64,000 bases of DNA, taken from the human T2T-CHM13v2.0 reference genome, Homo sapiens. Below the pieces are notes generated by a model. That model had not been told where the DNA came from. It searched no databases and saw only the letters and a list, made by a program, of their open reading frames with translations. The stretch is taken from the NCBI RefSeq assembly GCF_009914755.1, contig NC_060945.1. One strand, given 5' to 3'. Below, in pieces: positions 53,270 to 64,000 of the stretch. Each line of letters starts with the position of its first letter. Positions within the stretch are counted from its first letter, which is position 1. The translations under genes and the position numbers were made by a program.

Positions 53270-54070
53270 TTTTTATTCAAAATCAATTTTATTGAAGTAT
53301 AATTTATGTAAAATATAATGCACACATTTGAAGTGTACAGTTCTATGAGTTGTGACAAATGCGTAACCATATGTTATGCGTTGAATTGTGTCCCCTCCAA
53401 AAAAATGATGTATTGAATTCCTAACCCCCAGTACCTCAGAATGTAACCTTACTTGAAGATAAGTTCTTTACCGAGATAATCAAGTTAAAATGAGGCCATT
53501 AGGGTGGGCCCTGATCCCATATGACTGATGTCTTTCTGAAAAGGGGAAATTTGGAGATGGAAACTTGCACTCAGGGATAACACCATGTAAAGACTGGACT
53601 TATGCTTCCATAAGCCAAGCAACTACTGGAAGCTAGGAGAAAGGCCTGGATTGGATTCTTTTTTAGCACCGTCAGAGGGAGCATGGCTCTGCCAACACCT
53701 CAGTCTCAGGCTTTTGGCCTCTAGAACTATGACACAATACATTCCTACTGTTTAAGCCACTTGGTTTGTGGTACTTTGCTATGGCAGCACTAGGAAATGG
53801 ACATACCATGTAACTACCACTCTCTAAATAAGATATAAAATATTTCCATCACCCAGAAAGCCCATCTCCACCCCCTACTCCAGGCAATTACTGATCTGAT
53901 TTCTATCACTATAGATTAGTTCTGACTGTCGTAAAATTTTATATGGATAGGATCTTGCAGTGTGTTCTCTTTTGTGCCTGGTTTCCTTCATTCAGCATAC
54001 TAGGTTTTGAAATTTATCCATGTTGTTGAGTGTGTCGATAGTTCATTCATTTTTATTGTCAAAATAGTAT
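53270..54070 (-). mobile_element. L1ME/L1MC 3' UTR split by MLT1C
   Basis: TTTATTGAAGTATAATT...AAGTGTACAGTTC.ATGAGTT.TGACAAATG; resumes CCAGGCAA..ACTGATCTG.TTTCTATCACTATAGATTAG. Confidence 0.8.
53372..53805 (+). mobile_element. MLT1C/MLT1B solo LTR
   Basis: TGTTATG.GTTGAATTGTGTCCCC...AGGGTGGGCCCT.ATCC.ATATGACTG...GGCAGC.CTAGGAAA; TSD CCATA/CCATG. Confidence 0.88.
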
Positions 54071-54516
54071 TCTCTACTTTCCCCAAGTTGTTGCAGCTCA
54101 ATTGATTCTAAGTGGGTGGGTCTATTTCTGGATTGTCTATGCTGTTCCCCAACTATTTTGAAACACTATTTTATTCTGTTATTCTAAAAATAACATGAGA
54201 ATAAATAAATAGTATGCTATCCAAATAAATTATAACTGAAACTGAACTCCAATCCTAAAAGAGATGGTTTGACCCAGCAAGTCAGTAAATCACAACAAAT
54301 TAATGTCAGCACATCAAGGAGGCCATTTGAAGGTATCGTTTTGCCTATTTAATGAGATCTAAATATTTGAAAATGTTGACATATGCTCCAGTTCTGTGAA
54401 GCTCCTTCGTTTTGTTTTATCTTCTCTCATTCCTGTGCTTTACCAAAATCCCTCATGCCCAGGTGCTGAAAGTGACACATTAGGTATTTATTATACAATG
54501 TGGAGCTTATCCTTAG

Positions 54517-54843
<327 letters not shown>

Positions 54844-55359
54844 AATAATGACTCTTATACCCAAAAGTTGCTGTAAAAATTTTTTTAACAGGTGGCACAA
54901 GACCTTGGCATTACTTAAATCATTAATTTTATGTTCTCTAACATACTGTGCTCATTATAATCATGTAATTCTAAAACTTATTCCCTGTATATATGTACAC
55001 GTGTGACTTTTTCTGTGCTCTTTCAAATCATTTGGGATGTTTTTGCCCTGTTGTCTAGAGGGCCTTACATGGATTTACATTTCTTCTATAAAGAATTCAT
55101 AACAGTCCCAGTTGACAGTGACTATTCACTTGGTCTACTGCACCAAGCACTGTAAAGAACACATAATGGGCCCACTCTGAATGTTTGTTGAAAGAGTAAA
55201 AGAAATCAGCAACCACAGCAGTGTGCTATAATTTAGATTTGGTAATGTTTTTCTTCCTAACTCTAAGTTCTGCAAGAACAATGGTTTTATTATCTACAGC
55301 AGAAAGACCTTTTACATGAAAAGCTAATCTTTAGGATGCAAAAGATAGGATCATTCTAA

Positions 55360-55652
55360 TTTTTTTTTTTTTTTTTGAGATGGAGTCTTGCTCTGTCACC
55401 CAGGCTGGAGTGCAGTGGCGTAATCTTGGCTCACCTCTGCCTCCCAGGTTCAAGTAATTCTACTGCCTCAGCCTCCCGAGTAGCTGGGATTACAGCCATG
55501 CGCCATCACTCCCAGCTAATTTTTGTATTTTTAGTAGAGACAGAGTTCCACCAAGTCAGCCAGGCTGGTCTCGAACTCCTGACCTCAAGTGATCCGCCTG
55601 CCTCAGTCTCCTGAAGTGTTGGGATTACAGGCATGAGCCACGGCGCCCGGCC
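55360..55652 (-). mobile_element. AluSx/Sz
   Basis: Antisense Alu with CCTGACCTCAAGTGATCC. Confidence 0.92.
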
Positions 55653-56478
55653 AATGTTTTTTTAATGGGCTTCCATTTAAGAAAATCTCACCTGGCGAAA
55701 GTTACAAATAGTCCACTCTGATTCAAGAGGAGGATGCATGGTGAAAAGTGTTAAGATGTTGTCTCCTGTCTCCTGGAGGTGTGATCTAGGGTCAGTGTCT
55801 GTAGATGTGGTGTTAGTCTGTAAACAACAGAGGACAGTTAGAGGGCTTTAAACAGAGACAGCTGATTGGAGTTGGAAGCTGGACTGGATGAATGCAGGAC
55901 TGAAAGAAGGAACCAGTTAAAAGAATATTGTAAGAGTTTTGCGTATTTTTATCTAGAAGAGGGAATTGAGAATAAAAGAGAGAGAGGCCAGAATGAAAAT
56001 ATATCTAAAGATAAGTTTAGTGAGCAGTTGGTTGTAGGGGATGGGGGAGAGAGGATTCCAAGACAATTTAGAATTTCAAATCATATTCTTGCTAGTATTC
56101 CCAGTTCTTCTCCATCTCACTTTCCTCTGTCCCCTTTCCTTTTCGTAAGTGTAAAGAAAGCCATAAGGCCAGAACAGTGACTTCAGGATTTGTCTCCATT
56201 AGAAGGAGACTTCGACAAATAATAGACACTGTAACTGTATTATGCAGACATTTAAAATAAGGTATATTTATAATGTTTCAGTGTAGAATCAAGTGAGTTT
56301 AAATTCTATACACAAGGTCAAGTAGACTTACTGGTGGAAAATCAGGTAAATATCACAATTTTGGAGGAAGGATAAAGTAAAATGTACAGTGTGAGAGGGA
56401 TATGAAGAGGAACAAAGGGAAAAGGCTGTTGTAATGTCTTAGTGGATTGAGCCAGTTATGCTAATCTTCTGCTGATGA

Positions 56479-56850
<372 letters not shown>

Positions 56851-57039
56851 AATAAGCAGCATTTCTGATGAGCTTGATGGTCCAAATATTTTTTGGCTTC
56901 TCTGTACTTTGTCATATTTTACTAGGATTGAAAAAGATGTTCAATCTGGAAGTAGCATATTTCTGTAGGTTTAGGTAGAGAAATAAGGAAAAAATGAAAT
57001 TAAATAAAAAAGCTTTCTCCTATTATCCTTATGTAGTCA

Positions 57040-57250
57040 TAATGGTAGTGTACATTTCTAGCACTTTATACTCCTCACATTTTACTTTTTTATTTTATAT
57101 TTGTGATAAGACTGAAAGGCAACATTATTACCCTCATTTGCAGATAAAAAAATTAAGCCTGAACATTTACATAATGTCTAAGATTTTATAATTTATGAGT
57201 GGCTTATCTGTATCTTGACTTTTGGTTTTTTAACTCTTTGTTCAATCTTA
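57040..57250 (-). mobile_element. MIR
   Basis: ATTATTACCCTCATTT.CAGAT.A.AAAATT.AG.CT. Confidence 0.55.
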
Positions 57251-59419
57251 TTCCAGTGTGTGTGTGTGTGTGTGTATGTGTTTGTGTTTCGGGGAGGGCG
57301 AGGTGGTGGGGATCATTGGAGGATTTATAGAAATAGCATCCTTTGCTAAGCCAGTTGCCTCTCCTGTACTCCATCTTACACATCTGGAATTTAATGGCAG
57401 CAGTGAGCATTATTATTGAAAGTGAGTTTAGCCAAATTTGATAACCCTCAGACCCTGCAGAAATTTTTAGTAGGTTCCTCCATTGTTCCTTATTGGACAA
57501 GTCTTGGATGTGTATGAGTTTACTACTTAAATGTCTGGTTGGTCTCTGGGGTAATTTCACATACCTCATTCTTCTGGCACTTGGCAGTGAAATGCTGGAA
57601 CAAGAACTTAGCAATGTGTGCCTTTTGTCAGAATTTTTAAGAATGAGGTCATAATGGAAAAGCAAACCCACTAGTTCCCCTTTCCATGGTTTCCTGCCTC
57701 AGCACTGGTGCATCAACTTCATGACACCTGTTTAGGTCCCAGTGTGACTGTGTCTTGTCCAGACAGAGCTCAGCTTTTGCCCTCACTCAGCAGACTGCCA
57801 CCCTGACATGGATGGTTCCCTTTGTCTCTCCCTTCTGCTCTGCTGTCCTGTTCCACAGGAGGTGCCAATCCTGTCTCTTCAGCAGTTTCTAGCTCCAGCA
57901 GCTCTTAGCTGTTTGCCCCATGACTGCTCTCCTCTTTGTTGCTGCTACTTAATTTGCCTCTCTTCCTGTCCTCTGTTCTACTCCAAACTTCCCAATCTGC
58001 ATGACATTCGCTATCCAGCATGTGGTGAGCATGGGTCTTTATGCTCTTTTTAATTTAAGAATTGCCCAATTTTGGAAACACTTGAATCCTATCCTCTGAT
58101 ACTGCCCTTGGGGAAACAGCCACTGGACAATACTTGCTATCAGACTTTTCCTCTCCTCCCCACATTTGACTATCCCTTTTGTGAGGTCCATGTCCATGTC
58201 TTGGCTTAGAATGAGGATCTTACTTTCCTAAAGGCTGCAGCATGGCTACTTTTAACCTTCTGCCAGGAAAGGAGGATCTTAGCTCCTCATAGAGCTTGTG
58301 TTTATTATTCCCGGTGCTTGGCACTAAGGATTGCAGAGCTCCAATAGAAAGTGTGAATTCAATTCAAACAATATTCTTGGTTTATCTATTGACTGACAGC
58401 TGTCAGGAGATCCAATCCTTACCCCATAGCCTCTGAAGACATCATGTGAGGCTGAAGATCCTGGTTTATTCTGTGAGTGCTTTTTTCGTGTTAAAATTAT
58501 ATAGTCCATGTATGTTAAAAAAGATTGCGTGAAATTCTACTTTGGTCATTAAGTATTTGAAGATAGTCAGAAGTGTTAGCAATCTCATTCTCTTTCTGAC
58601 TTAATCCTTTCTCTAGCCACACTGTGGCACAGCTGATACCAATGTGAGGAGAGAAACCGAGCTACTGCATTAGCACCACTTGTTCCACAACAGGTTTCAA
58701 TAATAAATCAAAGCTAAGGGAATCGAAGATGAGAAATGCCATGTTTAGGATGATAGGGTCATATCCCAATGTTAGTGAGCATGGCCATAGTTTGGGCTGG
58801 AACTTCATACCTCGTGCTGGAACCTCCAATAACAAGCTAGTGGGAGAATTGGGAAGCCAAGATTGAGAGGAACCAGGGATGGTGGCGAGGGTGGCTGTTA
58901 GCACAAATTATGGTGCTCAGAGGTATTTGGCCATCTCAGCATGATCTAGGCTGGCCTAGATTCCCCGTCAGGAGTGGGTGGAGGGTTTGCAACAGGGAGA
59001 GAGAGCCCAGCCTGAGGGATGTTTCATAGAAGTTGAGAGAGTAGTAGAACTCACTATCAGGTGGGAAGCTCAACTGGTTCAAAGGGAATTTTGACCCTCA
59101 TCAAGGAATACAAACATAGGTTACAACCCCCATCTGAGAATAGGGGAAATGTTTGTCAAGTTGTCAAGGCCATTGTTAAGAGGTCAGAGGGTTATAGCAG
59201 GATTTCAGGCCCAGTATAGGAATAAATTCTCAGTGAGGAAGCAGCTGGCCAAGGCTCTCCAGGCCCATTAGAAGGCAGCTGTTACAGTTCCTTATAGAAA
59301 GTCTATCTTGGTTGAAATTGAATCAGTAACTGGGTGGAACTGAATTTTTTCATTGAAGGAACTAATAACTGCAGGAGAAGGAGATATGAAAGGAGTGACT
59401 GGTATAATATTGTGGTGGG

Positions 59420-59532
59420 AAGGGTGATCAGCTCCCTTGGTTTGAGTGGACTGAGGGGGTTCCTGGGACAAAGGACTTAGAATTTTAAAACTGGGACAGT
59501 CCTGGGCAAACCACAATATGATGGTCAGCCTG
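59420..59532 (+). mobile_element. MER81 (hAT-Blackjack MITE)
   Basis: AGGGTGA.CA...GGACTGAGGGG.TTCCTGGGAC...TAAAACTGGGACAGTCCTGGGCAAACC...TGGTCA.CCT. Confidence 0.8.
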
Positions 59533-59929
59533 TGAGGAAAGGTATTTGATAGTCTTGGTCAAATGGCTGGGCAAGTGTTGCTTAAGGTTAAAGAAGAAAA
59601 ACAAACAAAAACTGTTCATGTTGGTAAAAATGTGAAATGTAGAGTTGGTAGTAATCTGAGTGGGAAATGAATATTCACTTCCTACTGTACAGATACATAT
59701 TCAATTATAGAATCTTAAAATTTCTGAATTGAGAAGAAAGTTGGATATTATTTAATCTCTCATTGTGTGAATGATAAGGTTGAGAGTCAGGGAGATTCAA
59801 TAAATACTGAAGTTGGATTAGCTAATTACAGGCATACATTTTCTGACTCCAAATTCTTTGCTTGCCCTCATGGATTTTTTTGTGTAACACCTGAAGATTC
59901 TTCCTCATTCCTCTTACCACGCATAGGCT

Positions 59930-59931
<2 letters not shown>

Positions 59932-59963
<32 letters not shown>

Positions 59964-60573
59964 CTTTAAGTTCTAAGGTACATGTGCACAACGTGCAGGT
60001 TTGTTACATATGTATACATGTGCCATGTTGGTATGCTGCACCCATTAACTGGTCATTTACATTAGGTATTTCTCTTAATGCTATCCCTCCCCCCACCTCA
60101 TGACAGGCCCTGGTGTGTGATATTCCCTGCCCTGTGTCCAAGTGTTCTCATTGTTCAATTCCCACCTATGAGTGGGAATATCTGGTGTTTGGTTTTCTGA
60201 CCTTGCGATAGTTTGCTCAGAATGATGGTTTCCAGCTTCATCCATGTCCTACAAAGGATATTAACTCATCCTTTTTTATGGCTGCATAGTATACATGGTG
60301 TATATGTGCCACATTTTCTTAATCCGATCTATCATTGATGGACATTTGGGTTGGTTCCAAGTCTTTGCTATTGTGAATAGTGCCTCAATAAACATACAAG
60401 TGGATGTGTCTTTATAGTAGCATAATTTATAATCTTTGGATATATACCCAGTAATGGGATCGCTGGGTCAAATGGTATTTCTAGTTCTAGATCCTTGAGG
60501 AATCACCACAGTGTCTTCCACAATGGTTGAACTAGTTTACACTCACACCAACAGTGTAAAAGTGTTCCTATTT
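59932..60573 (-). mobile_element. L1PA6/7-like 3' end with poly-T tail
   Basis: Antisense L1PA 3' UTR and ORF2 end. Confidence 0.92.
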
Positions 60574-60734
60574 ATATATTATTAGTTCTTTTCTCAGAGT
60601 CAGTAAGCCTTCTTCAAAGATTATAGTAAAATCTACAATAGAACTATAAGGATAGCAAATGGTAATGCTTCTACAACTATTACTGTTACTATTACCAGTA
60701 ATAACATTGTCAAAATCTTGCCAATGTACCATAA

Positions 60735-61593
<859 letters not shown>

Positions 61594-63639
61594 GCATCAC
61601 TGCCATTACCACCATTACTGTAGTATGAGGGGAATATCAGAAAATGTTTGTTTCATCCCCATTTCTGAGGCGGGTTGAAATAAAGAACACCATGAATTCA
61701 AGGAGTCTAGCAGTACTTCTTGGCTATTGGATCTCTCTTCATCATTTCTACTGTAAATCTTTGAGATGGATACTTAGCTCTGGAGTCAGTGAATTTACTC
61801 TTTCCTACATGTTGTCATTTTGATTACTGGCTGGGCTATAAATCATACTCAGACCATGCATCCCTGAAGTAGGAAAAGAAGTAAAATACTGCATAGTGAC
61901 CAAACTTCAACCCCAAAAACTGTTACAAGAGAATTCCATATCTACAGAGTGAGTAAAAATGACAAATAAGTAAGTCTTTAAGCTTCAAAGTTTAAAGGAA
62001 CAGATCAATTTCAAGTGGAGGGCTAGCTTGTCATTTCTCATTCTGTGTATTGTCAGGTCCATGATGTCTAGCATACCCAGAGTAGCTCCTTGGGGATTGT
62101 CTGCTGCTGAGAGTCACAAATAGAAGAAGGATGTTTCGAACAAGTCCATGAATAAGATGTATTCATGCTTTGAAGGTGCTTCTGGAGAGTACTAGAAAAA
62201 AAAAACCAATCCAGATTCTTCACTCTTTCAAATTAATGCTAGAAGACCATCCCTGAAATAGCTCCTTGGTATGTCATCTGGCCCCTTCAAGATTGGTTTG
62301 AGAATAATCTTGATCCGGACTACAAATTGAAAATATAAATTCATATTTTGGCTCTTGAACTTATACAATTACCAAGTGGCAGCTTACATAATTAAATGTT
62401 ATCAGCAATGATTTTGGGAACGGGCTGATTTTTTTGCCCAACACAAGGCCTTGACTATTTTGGAATTGAATAAATATAATTTTTTGGAAAAAACTCCTAT
62501 TGTTCCCAGGAGAGCAATGGATTTTTGGAATGGTGAAGAAGGGTGAGAGTTGTTACCAGGGGCCAGAAACTACATATCTGAGACTAAAAGTATATTCTCA
62601 CCTGCTAGAATCAGGTCATAGGAAGGTAAATTAACATTTCAAAATTCAATGGTTTATTTCTAGGATTCCAGGGAATATTTTTGTCAACCACCCCTGAAGC
62701 TTACTTTAGTATGGCAGATCTTCAGGTAGTGCTAAAATGTCCCTCTACGAGCAGTAGATAATCCCTATGAGGAATTTTCTCTTTTTTAATTTGGATAATG
62801 TCACCTGGATCATGCTCTTATATAAGCACCAAATCAATGTTATATAAGTGGTAACAACCAAGAGTTTCAAGCTTCAATAAATATAAGGTTTATTAAATGC
62901 AAACTAAGTGAAGTTCATTGCTTTTGCTACTTAATAATTGCTTAGCCTAAAATAGTCACCATTTTTTTTTCTGGTATAAAAGACCTTTCACATACTTGCT
63001 GAACACAATTAAAAATTAGCTTCATGAAAAACTCAAATTGAGATGGTTAATAAATCCATTATTGGGTACTGGGAGATTGCTTTTTCAGATGGAGTTAAGA
63101 GTTTTTCTCTATGATATATTGTTTTCAATAAAGAATCAGCTCCTACACTAACTATTCCAATATCCATTATGAATGAAAACATAATAAAACATATCTTGTC
63201 AGATTAAGAAGCTCCTGAATCAACCTTCGGAAGACAAAGTAGGGCTTCTGCATAAACTGGTTATATTACATAGGGTAATGCCAGCAGGCAATCTTAATTA
63301 TGCTTTCTTCTAGCACGTGATGATATATCCTGCAAAATATTGTGGGCAAACACTTGTGAGAGGAACCAACAGTGCAATTTTTAGGGTAGGTGCATTGCAT
63401 AGTGGTTCTTTGCTTTTCTGTTAGGCTTAAAAACACCTAGTTTTGTCATTTTCTTCAATTTAATCCAACTCATATTAGATTTTGTAATTTTATCAAGACT
63501 AAATTCCTATCTAATCAGTAAAACATAGAAAGTAAAAAAAAAAAAAAAACGTATCCTGTAGTTTGGTCTTGTGCAAATAAACCACCTTCTTTTTGTGGGC
63601 ACAATGGAAGTTGAAAATCTTTATGTATTTTCTTGTACT

Positions 63640-63800
63640 GTCACACCATGTGAGTCAGGCAGATCAAATCCACCTTCTAGTCTCAGTTTTCCCATGTGTA
63701 AAATGGAAAAAATGCAGTTAATACTACTTTTAGAAGGATGCTGCAAAAAAAAGCAATAAAATTCTGTAATGTAATATAAAATATTACAGCCATGTTTTAA
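63640..63800 (+). mobile_element. MIR
   Basis: GAGTCAG.CAGA...TCTCAGTTTTCCCAT.TGTAAAATGG. Confidence 0.7.
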
Positions 63801-64000
63801 GTACAAAAAGATTCTTGAAAGTTTTCATTGTAAGTCTAGATTATGTGAGTAGAAAATTAAATTCACTAAGTGAACTGGTTATTTGAAATTTCATTGATTA
63901 GTCTTCCTATAAAAAAGACTTTCATATCTCATGCTTGCTTAAAACATAGCAGAGACCATCAGAAAATGAAGCCATTGTATTTAGAATAGAATTAATGTGA

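Overview
Primate (very probably human/hominoid) nuclear DNA: AT-rich, CpG-depleted and roughly half interspersed repeats. It is intergenic or deep intronic. No protein-coding gene, CpG island or intact RNA gene can be supported, and all long ORFs in the track are repeat-derived or chance. Repeats include many Alus (J, S, Y, FLAM), L1 fragments (L1PA2 to L1MB/ME), L2, MIR, DNA transposons (Tigger1, MER5A/B, MER81) and many LTR elements, among them two full-length THE1C-type proviruses in opposite orientation. Subfamily names come from remembered consensus sequences, not a search. I found no new multi-gene system. The most interesting signals, all read directly from sequence, are rearrangement and retroposition scars: (1) an inversion plus inverted duplication of an L2/MIR segment at 33.4-35.9 kb, dated by a THE1C insertion in one arm; (2) a templated insertion of ~160 bp of nearby unique DNA into an MSTB LTR; (3) a tailless retrocopy of exactly the 5' exon of intron-containing tRNA-Ile(UAU); (4) a perfect, probably very recent 97-bp tandem duplication; (5) a twin-primed inverted L1; (6) four TGTTTAC forkhead motifs, mostly 10 bp apart. 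Several candidate spliced exons are also present, including a 36-nt frame-preserving acidic one (VEEGGEASEDNE) and a possible THE1C/DUX4-driven lncRNA. These remain hypotheses.
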